Assembly (NCBI GenBank): GCA_001687465.1
Contig: LVLI01000607.1
Coordinates: forward strand, 1 to 43,233
Length of the DNA stretch: 43,233 nucleotides
Direction: 5' to 3'
Source: Halocafeteria seosinensis
Taxonomy: Eukaryota
The notes beneath the pieces were generated by a model. That model made no database searches. It saw only the letters and a list, made by a program, of their open reading frames with translations, and was not told the DNA's origin. The translations under genes and the position numbers were made by a program. Below are positions 10,979 to 22,900 of the stretch, one piece after another; within the stretch, counting starts at the first letter, position 1; every line of letters starts with the position of its first letter.

Positions 10979-11615
10979 ATGACAAGTGTTTTTAAGGCCA
11001 GCGCAAGTAACGTATGTCTATGTTTCATCGCTTCTGAAAGTATATACGTGCTACACAGATGCTATTCTCCTCTGTCTAGTGTGTGGAGAGGGAATGTGTT
11101 GCACGTAGAGCGAGTGTATGGGGCGTTGGAAAATTCAAAAAGGGACTTGTCCGAGCACTATTTTGGCACTTTCACGGCATTATTGCTTGCAAAGATTGTC
11201 CATACGGTGATGTTTCTAATAATGGATGCAGGTGAACGATGATACCCTCGCGAACTTTGTCCGTAGTGACTTGAAAGATGACCTAGAGAGTGTCCCAGGA
11301 ATCGGCCCGAGCAACAAAAAAAAGCTGGAGGCTATAGGAGTTTACTCACCTAAACAACTCATTGGCGAATACCTGCGTTTGGCGAATCCTTCCCATAGCA
11401 TCCAGGAACATTGTGATGCATTCTATCAATGGTTTAAGGATGAAGCCGATATCACCAACGGAAGAGCCACCATCATTCGTGCTCTTGGCCAGAAGGTATC
11501 GACCATGATTCCCGGAATTTATGACGACGAGTATGTTCTTTTCCCCCACGTCCCGATCTCCTATGTATATCATTTCATCTGTCTGTTTTCCGAATGCAGA
11601 GAGGTCCAACACTAA
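10979..11615 (+). CDS. Barrier-to-autointegration-factor (BAF)-like HhH DNA-binding protein, copy 1
   Basis: Exons 10979-11011, 11232-11530, 11600-11615. Sequence MTSVFKASASN-VNDDTLANFVRSDLKDDLESVPGIGPSNKKKLEAIGVYSPKQLIGEYL..FYQWFKD follows the BAF pattern FV......V....GIG....KKL...G......LG.FL...F..WLK. Confidence 0.75.
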
Positions 11616-11843
11616 GACGATGCTCATAGTATGCACCAGATAGGATCTACGATGTTTGACACTAGTGATTTAATTTAATTTAATATGACCGGGTGACTAA
11701 TAGGGGGGTTCACCTCGTCAATCCAATCGATCTAGATCAATCACGGGACCACGTATCTCTCACATCCACACTTTTGTACCAGACTCCGTAGAATACCCAA
11801 TGGTTGTGAGATAGATGGGCGAACAATTATCTAACTGTACATT

Positions 11844-11969
11844 GCTACCGAAGAACTCGCTGTGAGGTTCGTCATCAATGTGACAATGTGCGAGTGGGGA
11901 AGTAATTCACTAATTTTCGCTACCTAAGAACTCGCTGTGGGGTTTGTCACCAATGTGACAATGCGCGAG
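11844..11969 (+). repeat. Two ~51-bp imperfect direct repeats (period 75)
   Basis: gctaccgaagaactcgctgtgaggttcgtcatcaatgtgacaatgtgcgag (11844-11894) versus gctacctaagaactcgctgtggggtttgtcaccaatgtgacaatgcgcgag (11919-11969). Confidence 0.85.
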
Positions 11970-12040
11970 AGCTGCAGTGCCCTAGGGGCTTGTAATTAGA
12001 CTGCACTGAATAGATCCTGTCTGACCGTTATAAAAGATTC

Positions 12041-13270
12041 CTAAGCAGAAACGCGTCTAGCTAATCCTCTGAGTGCCTGATCTGTTCGTTCACAATCACC
12101 AACGACACCCCGAGTGTACAAAACCTCTGTTAATCTCTGTCCAAGATTTGAAAACTCCTTGACCATGTCAATGAAAGCGGGAGTACACCTCTGGGGATCT
12201 TCCTCAAATTCCGAGCAGATCGTGTCCGCTGCTGATCTGACAGACTCCAGTTCGGCGCAGCGGGAAGCACAATCATTTCCATCTGATATCATTCGTTTGA
12301 GTAGTTGTAGTGCAATGATACGGCTTTCAGAATACGTGCTCGGAGAGCCGATGCACCTGCAAAGGCTCGTAATTACTTCCGCGGTAGAGAAAGTAGTTGG
12401 AGAGCTACTAAGCAACTCCAAACCGACCAATCTGTCGTGTTCCAGCGTCGACCGAAGAAAATCGCATATTTGTTTAGCTGTCAATTCTGGAGCGGGTTTT
12501 CCTGGAGACGCTAGTTGAAATGAGTTGAGAGCCGGCTGAAAATTCTCTTTACCTTCCAACGGATTATCCGAGATTAACAAGTCGTGCATTGGTGGAGGCT
12601 TGGTTCCTGTCTCAGATATCGCTGAGTGGCGGTTTATATCTTGTGGTCTCATAATACGGATTGCTATTCCACGCACGCGCATAGCTTTCACCGAAAAATT
12701 CCAAAAATCATACATTGAATCGCGCTCATCCTGCAGATACAATAGTAATACGGGTAGAATTCTAATGCTTTAGAGTCTGAACTATATTTCTGTGCACGTA
12801 CGGATCTTGCTGCCTCCGGTTGTACCAGTATAGAAACATCATCCGGGTGATAAATGTTGAATGATACAGTCGCTCGACCTCCTAAAGGGTAAAGGGTGAA
12901 GGTGACCTGTGAAGACGTGCGAACGTTGGAATTTTGATGCTTCACCCCAGGGTACCACGCTAAGAATCATCTCACGTACCTTATTTTGCTCCCGGGAAAT
13001 TAGACGATGCTCGATCCTTTGCTCCATTTGATACTCTTTTAATATTTCGATTACCACGTCCAACACTTCCTTGCTATTCCTATTACCCACACGCCCCAGT
13101 GGATGATGCGGGTGGAGATCAAGTTGCTGAAGGTTCACTAACACTGGCACTTCTTTGGGAGCAGGCTCCCGTTCACTGCCACTCGATGAAGAACTGTGAC
13201 TATGCACATGCGCCTTGTGAGCATTCGACTCCTGGCGTTGAATGCGATTTCTTCTTGAATTGAGCGACAT
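12041..13270 (-). CDS. Hypothetical protein, 3 exons (possible KA1-like alpha/beta region followed by ARM/HEAT-like helices)
   Basis: Exons 13270-12980, 12906-12802, 12730-12041 are joined by phase-0 GTACGT..CAG introns into one frame, with an aaaATG start context. The domain guess is weak. Confidence 0.65.
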
Positions 13271-14506
13271 TTTCAAAGTCTTGCGTTGAAGCTGGGTGCC
13301 TAAATTCTCAGAAAGCCTGTAATCTATTAATCGACCTCTGTCTCTAATTCTAACTCCTAAACAACTAAAATAATTCGATGAAATATTCTTTGTGGCTGCC
13401 ATTTTGCTGTTTGTGTCCACAAAACATGCTAAATGAATGCTTCTACACAAATTCCGCGTCGGAGAAAACTTGCCGAGCTTCACAGAGCATGTGCTTGTGA
13501 AGTTGGATGCATTGTTCTCACGCTTGGAGAACAGTGGAATCAAGGCGTGTATAGGTGAAGTACTTGTGTTTAGAAGCTTTTCTGAAGGTTGGATGGCCTC
13601 CTGACCTGGGATACTGGGTTGCGTGGAAGCGGAAGCGCGGGAGACGGAAGTTGAAGCAAGTCAGCGTAACACTGAGCATTTACCGCGCGAGACAAACGGT
13701 GGAATACTGTATGTGGGAACATGGTTCAAGGTGGGAAAAAAACTTCCCTCTATGCAAGTGTAGTACCATGCAATATAAACTTATAAGATTGATGGTGCGC
13801 CTAGCACCTGGGCCTCTCTATTGGCGGTGCTGTTCGTACCCTGTGCGTCTATCATGTTGGTGTAAGAAGAATCGTACCTACGACGTGAATTATAACTTGC
13901 TGGACCCTTCAACACATTTCATCAGGCAAAAGGCCACATTTGATGCTCATTGTGCCAAGCATGCAAATTTACGCGTATTTGGTTGCCTACGTAACGCCAG
14001 ATTTACGAGTGTGTAAAGACCTAGGGGACTTCCCCACTGCCATTACTTAACCCACATGGAAGAAAATTCACGAAGTCGATGTCCAGCAAGAGTAGTTCAT
14101 CGGCTGAAAGGAAGCAGTGAACATGGTATTTGGTCAACGTCACCGCCGTCAGGGTATCTGGAGGAAGTAGGAGCTCTTCTCATCCATTAAACTACGTCGA
14201 CTATGCCGATGTATGGATATACATGCCACTCCTCACATTTTCCGTTCATTACGGGAAGGCCTCGCGAAGAACAAGCAGCTCCTGAGGAGCTCCTCACACG
14301 ATTTCAGAGCTGTGCGAGCAAAAAGCCTCACTTGATGTTTATTGTGCCAAGCATGCAAATTTGTATGTATTTTATTACCCATGTGGACGAGTTTGATCAG
14401 TAAGGACCTGTCACATTCTGTGGGGTATGGTGCGGAACAGTGCTTCACAGCTCGTGAACTATCCAAGAAAATTCGTGGAGTGCCTTTTTGCCCCGAGTCC
14501 AGCAAC

Positions 14507-15025
14507 CTACTCATCCTCATCCTCATCCTCAGAGTACACGCCAGCGATCAATATCGAAACCTTTAAACCTATCGATCGAACAATTGTAGTGGCATGGGCA
14601 CGTATACCGACTTCGTCTATCAACCACTGGTAAAAACTATCACAGTGCTCCTGAGTAGAAAGCTCTGGGTCTTTCAAGAGAAGAAACTTTCCTAATAGCT
14701 GCTTAGGAGTGGAAATCCCCTCCTTTTGCAGCAAGTCTTCATTGGCACTACCGATTCCAGGGATATCCTGCAAGTCATCTGCAGTTTCCACAAGTGTGTT
14801 GTGGGTTAGAGAAAACTCTTTCTGCAGCATAAAATTCTTACCTGTAAGGTCTTCTTGGACAAACTTTGCCAGTGTATTCCTGGTAACCTGCAGCAACAAC
14901 ATTGGAGCAATCAGCAAATTATAAAAGTCGCTCTTACGCAATCATCTCAAGAGAAGAAACAAAACGCTGAGACTCACATTCGTGGCATGAGGCTTGAACT
15001 TCTTCTCAGATGCGTTTGACGACAT
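14507..15025 (-). CDS. BAF-like protein, copy 2
   Basis: Exons 15025-14978 (MSSNASEKKFKPHATN), 14887-14842, 14778-14507: DDLQDIPGIGSANEDLLQKEGISTPKQLLGKFLLL..QEHCDSFYQWLIDE. The 3' end is uncertain because GA|GTAGGT at the stop could be the terminal intron seen in copies 1 and 3. Confidence 0.75.
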
Positions 15026-15560
15026 CTTTAGGGTATTCGTGTACAACGTTCCACGGTATAATGCGTGTCAAATGAATATCAGCTCAAATTTGTGGCGCGA
15101 AAACAGATGGTGTACTTGGTGCTTTGCTTGAGATACTAACTGTTAGAAATCAGAATCCAGGAATTTTCATTCGTTGTGATGACGCAGTCCAGAACTTCTC
15201 TCTGTGAAGTGCGCGCGAGGGTCTGGCCCTGCGTTAACACTGCGCTAACCCACTGGTTCCTACGTGTCTAGTATGTGCCTATTATCACAGTAAGATGCAG
15301 TTTCTTAGTCGCCTCTTTTCGCTTCTTTGCCAGGGCAATGACAAATGTGCACATTGGTACGCACAAAAAAGACTAGTCACTATTTGAACTTATATATTTA
15401 TGGATATTAACTCTTGAAATATTCGCTGTCCTTCAACAATGTTGAGAATTCGGAGATCTTTTTCGGAAGAAGTCTGCAACTCCCGGTAACTCAGCCTGAA
15501 ATATGCGATGTACAAACAGTATCGGTTTCCCGAGTCACGGTTAGCACCTACGTTGGATTC

Positions 15561-18278
15561 TCAACCGCTTGACTGAGTTAATGAGGCAAGTTGCTCAGTT
15601 AGATTATTCCATTCTTTCACCGAAGATTCAAATTGAGACTTCTTCTTGTGTTCAAGACTGCCTTGCTGAGCATAGCGTTGGAGGGAGTTGGCTTCGTCTT
15701 TTCCCCTTTCAAGCAACGCTATAAATACCTTAGCCCCGCCGGGATGATTCAACAGGGCCTGCAATATCGATGCATCATGAGAATTGATCAAATGTCGAAT
15801 CCAAATGATGAGAAGATCTAGTGAAGTGTGAGAATCCTGATTGTCCGTCGTTTGCGGGACGACCGCCGTCGATATCCACTTGGCCAAAGACTCCGAGAGC
15901 AACTCGTCCGCTTCTTCGGCATCAGGCCCCTCGGCTGCAGAAGCGACAAAATGTGGAAGATGTTTCATTGCAGCAGTGACTAGAGCCGCAACAGGACCAG
16001 GTGGAAGCCACGGAACAGCCCGACACAGCAGCTTTTTTCCCTTACTCATACTAATCGTAACCATAAGTAGTGCTAGACCATCCTCCGAGGGTGTAGACAG
16101 ATCGCGAAGGCTAAATGAATTCGTCTGGTTAGAAGAGTCAGTGCCAAACTCAAAATTGGTCTCGAGCCCCAGTGCTCTCACTAGCTGTGAAAGCGAATCT
16201 CTGATCTGCTTTTGCATCAACTCTGTTTCCTGCTGGTGCGGAGGGGGAGACGATTTTAACCTGATACTTCGAGAGTTAGCAGCGTCTCGAACTCTAACAA
16301 GAGCATCCAAACCGCCTGAAATTGCGGCGCGAGCAGACCAAAGCGACTGTTTATCGGGGTCCTGATCTGTCAGCTTCCCCGCCAGCATTTTCGCCGCAGC
16401 TTTAGTCTGAGCTTCTTTCCTCGCCGCTTCTTTCCTGCGCTCTTCGTAAAACTCTTCTTTATCCGCCTTCAGCAAGTTTGTTGCGTCACTTTCTTGTAAC
16501 GTCTTGCTGGAAACTTCAGGCAACTCTGGTTCATCCCCCAGGTTTAACAGTCTTCGCGGTTTCTTTAGGCTTCCCTTTTCAGACCTTCCAAGCACATGAT
16601 TAAAGCTTTCCCAAAGCCTCGATTTAGTCCAATTTCCCCATACCATTGAAAGCTTGGTAGGATCATTCGAACCGTCTATGAACTCTACTGAACCTTTAGG
16701 CAATACAATATCCTCCGGGATGCTTTCAAAGCCGTAAGATTTCGCGATTTTTTGAAGCTTCCTTGCCCGCCACATATGCAGATACCAGTCTGCTCCAGGG
16801 TTTTTCGCTCCGGCGATGTATAGTTGACGTCCTTGCATAGATGCAATCAAACGAGTTTCTTGGCTCGTCATAAACCGCCCATGAGTCTTTTTTGGAAGTT
16901 TCCATGAGCCTGTTTGGAACAGCTTTATATACTCAGCCTGAATTGGCGGAGAAGCGACTGCTGCGTGAGGTCCGCTAGTTAAGAACGCCAACTGCCTACT
17001 AACGCTCGATACATTGTATCCTTGTTGCCTGTTGGCAGTGTCAATTTGTTGCATGTACATATACAGCTGCTGCAGTTTCTGGCAGGCTTCTTGTCGCTGC
17101 GATATAAGCCTTCTGTATTCTTCAGCACTCGGAGGACAACCTTCAAGTCCAGGGGCCAACGGAGGTTCAGTAGTCAATAACAACTGTAACTGCATAATTT
17201 GCTGTCGTAGAAGCTCCACATTGTTCATGACTTGGGGAGTTGCCATAGGCATGGTGGGAGCATTGACGGCTGTTTGATGAGGTGCCTGTGGCTGCATACC
17301 GCCCTTTGCAAGATCCGCGTATGTTTGAGGTGGACGAGCTATTTCAGCCACCGGTGCGTTTGCTGTTCCCGTAGCCACCGGGGCCTGTGGCTGCTCTCGA
17401 GTATAAGCGTTGTCTTTTGAGCTAGCGCTAATAGCAGTTTGCAGTAGCTCATCATCTGTGGCACAGATATCACTGATTGCCAGTTCGAAAAGTAATAATG
17501 CATTTTGGCAAGGCAACACATACCATCGTCTATACTGAAATTTAATAAGGAAGCAAGCTGCTCATCCGTTGACAAGTCTTCCTTTGATGTTATACCTGAA
17601 ACTTCTTGTTCACGAAGAAACTCTTCGTGGAACTTGGCAAACACCTCTTGCTTCTTCTTCCACTCTGAATGCACATGGAACCACAATGGATGAGTACCGA
17701 ATGATCAAAATAAGGAGTAAATGCAACACTTACCCGATTCATCACTTTCAGTTTCTTTCCTCTTTTCTGCGCCTTTAGTAGATGAGGAATGACTGGACTG
17801 TGCGTGATTGTCTTGGCTGGGTCCTCCGAAGAACCCCGGAAGTCCTTCGGTGGGGATCTTCTCCAACGAGTCTCCAAACGTGTCGTCGTTGAAGGCGTTC
17901 GCATTCGGGTCATCCTGAAGAGAGTCGCTCATGTCCCCTAATCCGTATTCTTCAGCGGACTTTAATGCTTCAAAATCATCTGCCTCTCCCCCAAGTGCTG
18001 CACCACTGCTTTCGCCTCCAAAGAATGCTGGCAAAGCTGCAGTTTCCATCATTCCAAACAAGAGATGACCACATGAGCAGAACGAAAAAAGACCCTTCTC
18101 TCCGAGAAACAATATAGGGGAATGCTTCTTTCAGCAGAATGCTTGATATAAGGACATGATACGTACAATGTGGCGGTCCACTCCCAGGGTCCACAGCTGC
18201 TCCAAATGTTTCGTCATTTTTTATATCTTCCTCCTCCAAATCCCCTCCTTCCAAGCTCTGGGAGTTCCACTGAGACAT
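15561..18278 (-). CDS. PAT1: mRNA decapping activator PAT1-like protein (multi-exon)
   Basis: N-terminal acidic NDETFG/NDDTFG motifs, a Pro/Gln-rich region, a mid-domain FMTSQETRLIASMQGRQL..DWY, and a C-terminal helical domain with SMSKGKKLLCRAVPWL. Long last exon ~17465-15561 plus several short 5' exons. Confidence 0.8.
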
Positions 18279-18596
18279 TGTACAAACAGCTGCAATTGCT
18301 CAACGTCTGCCAAACCTATGCACTGCACGCTTGAAAGGGCCACAAAGAGGTCCTCTTTTCTCAAGCTGGCAACATGTCAAACTTTTCTTCCACTTACCGT
18401 GTGAACAAATGATTGTCCTGTGTGACTGAACTTTCTCAAGAAGGCTCGGTCTACAAAGCCGAGTGTAATTGATAGGATTTGACACGCTGCATTCGCTATT
18501 TGACTTAATCCAGAAAGAGACAGTAAACGACTGTTTGTTTTTCAACTATCATTGAGCGAAAATTGTACTCTGATTGTCCCAACACGGGAAACAACA

Positions 18597-19158
18597 ATGG
18601 CAGCCAAAACGCACTTTAAGGCCAGTTCCAGTAATGTAAGATGCCCCTTTGGATTGTGTTACCCCATCTACCGGATGCGAGTTTATCAATTCCTATTTCC
18701 GCGCACCTTGAATTGCAGGTGAGCCAATCAACGTTAAGCACCTTCATCCAGAAGGACCTATCTGGTAAGCCGGTGAGATTTTTCTTTTGAGCTCTATCAT
18801 TGTGCTGCATCGTGCTTCCTTCCAGATGATTTAATCGACGTTCCTGGCATTGGACCTAAGGGAAAGGAAGCGCTGGAAAACTATGGCATCCGCACACCCA
18901 AACAGCTGATCGGGCAATTTCTCCTTCTTAAGGATCCCGACCTTAGCATTCAGGAACATTGTGATGCTATGTTCCACTGGCTCACTGATGGACCTGGAGT
19001 AAAAGCTGCTAAGTCCACAGTAGTGAGGTCACTAGGGCTCAAAGTATCTACCATGATCCCTGGAATATATGATGAAGAGTACGTCGAACTAGTAAAGAGG
19101 GAAATCTGGTATTATGTTATGTTTTAATGAGTCTTCTTGCAGTGAGGTAGAGCATTAG
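18597..19158 (+). CDS. BAF-like protein, copy 3 (not in the ORF track)
   Basis: Manually spliced exons 18597-18635, 18719-18764, 18826-19078, 19143-19158 give MAAKTHFKASSSN-VSQSTLSTFIQKDLS-DDLIDVPGIGPKGKEALENYGIRTPKQLIGQFLLLKDPDLSIQEHCDAMFHWLTDGPGVKAAKSTVVRSLGLKVSTMIPGIYDEDEVEH. Confidence 0.8.
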
Positions 19159-19904
19159 TGGGGAGCTTCGAATAGCATGTAATGCCCAGACGATAATAGG
19201 CTCTAATGAATTTATTGTTGTGCTGTAGTAACGTTAACCACGACGATGCTTGGTGGAACTTGTACAACACGGTACGCTCACGTAAACGAAAGGCATTCTA
19301 CTGACGGCCTCGTAGCACCACCTTTAGCCACATTTGGCCTAACGACGCATGCAGCGTGTATGGCATGATAGTTTCAATGTACTACCAAGAGAGAAGATGT
19401 TCTTTCCGGTGGAAGACTTGATGTGTGTTAGAATGCATCTTCGTGCAGTACCACCACCCCAATTCCCCGAAGGGGCGTTTCCCGAAACGCATTGCTAAGT
19501 AATAATGATGCTGTCGCTGTACTGTTTTCGTTCTGCTTTCTGAGCAAACATGTTGTTACATTCGCATCAAAGGTANAAGTTGTACAAGTTGTTGACAATA
19601 CCATGGTAGCAGTGTGCCATTGAGTGTGGTGGTCACGGGTTGGAGGCGAGGTACTACCCTTTACATCCGATCTACGGGACAGCTTCCAATCGGCTAACTT
19701 CGAGTAACCCAACAGAGTAGCTATAAGGCCAAAACTGGCAACCACATAGTATTTGGTACCAAGGTCGTTGATTTTGTTGAAGAATGCCCCAACTTGAAGT
19801 TGATGCGAGCATTGCGAAGGGTCGTTTAGGGCTCATTTGCTAGCTCAATTTGGTTGACAGACGTCCCATGGGGCTCTTATGTGTTGTATAAGGCTCTTAA
19901 GAAG

Positions 19905-22900
19905 ATGTCTGAGCGGAAATTGGTGGCGAAACCGTCGTTATCTTCTTCCTCCGATGGAGGCAAGGGAGCCAGTGCTGCCGCGGCTGGAAGAGATATGGAA
20001 GCTTATGAAAGCAAGGGGCATGTATTTCAGGCCCATTCAACCGAAGATGATGCAGATTCTGCAGCCAATTCCACTGCTTCTACGCCGAGAATGGGGGAGG
20101 TCCATACTGCGTGGAATGGTCATACAGAGGCTACGGAAGGCGCCCAAGCACCTTCGATGGACGCCTACAGGGATGATGCAGGAGGAAATCATGTTTCAGG
20201 AGGTGATAAAAGCTCTCTAAGAGGAAGTGCGACCTCGCTTCTCAATGATTGTAGACGACTGTATCACAGACGCAAAATTGAACGCAGAGGTCAACTCTTC
20301 TGGGTGGAAAAATTCCTGCTCTTGTGGGAACTGTGGCAAGGGTTCGGACTGTTGTGGGCTCTTTCCCTTGGATGGCCGTGGCCGAGAGCATGGCTCCAGT
20401 GGTCAAGCTGGATGGTATTTAGCACGATAGACTACGTCAGTTACTCGTCACACCTCCATGACCGGAGGGGTATTGCCCCTGGTACCTCTGGTTCCGACAT
20501 TGCTGAATCAGATTGGGGACAAGAAACAGGCTACTTGGACTCTGTGATAGTGTGGATTGTGTTGCCTATTGTAGGCGTGGGCACACTCGCACTACTTAAA
20601 CGTAGTAATACTTACGTTCTTAGGGATCTATTTCCGGTATGGATAACACTCTCATTTTGGTTTACGGTGATGGCGTATTTGCTGTACGTACCCATCAGTA
20701 TGCATCTCGTCCGAATTTACGTATGTGAAGACATTGAGCAACTGGAAGGAACACGCCTGGCGGCAGACAAGCATGTTGGGTGTAACTCGCCAAAGCACGT
20801 GCTAGTGATGTTGATTGCATTACCAACTACCATTGGATTTGTGTTCGGATTTCCTCTATGGCTGCTCTACCATTTGCGGAAGACCGTTGTCCATACGGCT
20901 GATACACCCCACGCGCATGAGCGATATCTTCAACTCAAGGAAGCAGAGCATATGTTCGAACTGAGCAGAGACTGGCAGTATGAGTATATGTGGCTCTTCT
21001 CGTCGTTTAAGCGGGATAAACTCCGCTTATACACCAGGGCAATATGGATAGGCTGTATGTTTGCTACCGTCCTCATTTATGCATTCTTAAGGATAAGTCC
21101 TGCTCTCCAGGCGGATCTATTTTTTCTCATCTTGCTTTTTTGGACTATAAAGTCGTGGCTCTATCCGCCATTCCGCTGTGGTAGCTCTAATGCGCTCTAC
21201 CTGCCGAGCGTGCTCACACTCTTGTTCTCGGCGGGTTTCTCACTTGTACGAGCTCACGAAATACAGTCTCCTCTTGGTGTGGCAACTAAGTTTACTGATA
21301 TGATGCAAGACGGGACGGCCGCGGTGATCGCTTTACTACTCTTATGGCTTCTTGCATGTGCGTTGCCGTGTTTCAGTTGGCCGAGGGGCTTCCTTGGCCC
21401 ATTTTTGTGGGAACGCGTTTGGATACCTGTGGAGAATCGTGGTTTGATCAATGCGCGTCAACTTTTCACGATTCTTGCTGAAAGAGAGCTGGAGCTTCGA
21501 CCTGAATACATGAAGAGTAAGGAGATTATTACCCGCTTCAGCGAACTTCCAGCAAAGAAAGTGAGTGTCAAGTCAGAGGAGTTTAGCACTCAAAGGCCGA
21601 ACACAACTACAGCTCAGGAAGAGGAATGGGATTATGATTCGGATGACGAGCTTGATAGGCTTCTTAAGGAAAGAGAGTCCATGGAAGTTACCGGGCTTGA
21701 TCCTCTGGAGTCGCCAAACGACCAGGAAGAGTTCGAAAATAACGATCAGGAGATTCTCTCCGAAACAGGACGTGCTGGTAGTGTATCCAAAAGCAGGCGC
21801 TTTTCAGTCAGAACTGCGACTTCATCCAACAGCCAAGGAGCACTGGCAACTCCCAACAGTTTGTACATTCTGCAACGAGAGCGACAAATGGTTGAGTCTA
21901 TTTTTGTGAACCTCCCAAAGCTCTGTAAAGCATGTAGCAAACTCTGGCGAGTCCTTAGAATTGCTTTCTCTGGGGAAAACAAATTATCATACATGTGGGG
22001 GCTCTTCCAGGTTCGCTGCAACGACGATGTTCGTCTTGGTAAGTTCGGTTTTGTCCGGATCGATGGGACGAGCGAGGCCTGTCGTTCCTATTGGCGAAGT
22101 TACTCAGTCAAGTTCCTGGCACCACACTTAGTCGCGGAGGAATCTAATGAGCTATACGATAGTTATCATATTTCCGGACAGTCTTTGCCCCGGTCCAGCG
22201 CAATCCTCCAAGAGATGAAGCCTCACATAGTTTCAATGAACATTCCCCGCGTCTCAGAGGCATTCCAAACGCTCGGAGACTTAGAGCAACAGGATCCTGA
22301 AGAATCTATGCCTTTATCAATCATTGATTTAGTCGTCTTCGAGATAAAATGGTTATTACTACTAAAACGGTGTGATGCTCTCGTGCTGCATGCCGAAACT
22401 GTACACGGAGAAGCAACAGACTTGTCTGCCCTCTGGGAATGTGCGAAAGAAGTAAAGATGGAATTTTACAGAGCGCGAAAGATGCGTCATATATTAGCCG
22501 AGTCTTTGAGTACTAAATTGGATGACATTTCCCGCATTATAGAAATTCGAAGACACCATTCCAAGGAGAATCCGGTTATACGCTCAGCGCTCAACTCGCT
22601 TCATGAGGGTATGGCGGCTCGAGAATATCACCTTTCCCTAGTATCCCCGAAATTAAAAGGGACAGTCACAAAATTACTCGCTCTAAGTGCATGGATTGGA
22701 GATCGTTCAATAGCATCTGCATTCCCCGCTGATGCATACGAAAAGGAACTCAGGTCGCTGAGCAGGATGCGGAAGAGCCTAGAACAAGCTCCGCGCGGCT
22801 CCAGCAAACCGAAAGCCTGGACTCGCCGAGACTCTATGGATCCCATGTGCAGAAAACTGGGATTGCCTGCTAAAGCACGCAGGTGGCCTTTATCAAAGAA

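Noticed and set aside
11844..11969. Repeat-spacer-repeat resembling a mini CRISPR array
   Set aside because: Only two imperfect 51-bp units, a eukaryotic context and no cas genes.
13555..14016. 153-aa ORF
   Set aside because: GTG start, atypical Trp/Cys/Arg-rich composition and no recognisable motif.
15205..15275. Possible Helitron 3' end (GC-rich stretch followed by CTAGT)
   Set aside because: No convincing hairpin at the right spacing and no second copy or 5' end.
19428..19745. 105-aa minus-strand ORF with a hydrophobic start
   Set aside because: No ATG in frame, contains an N, and no supportable splice model or homology.
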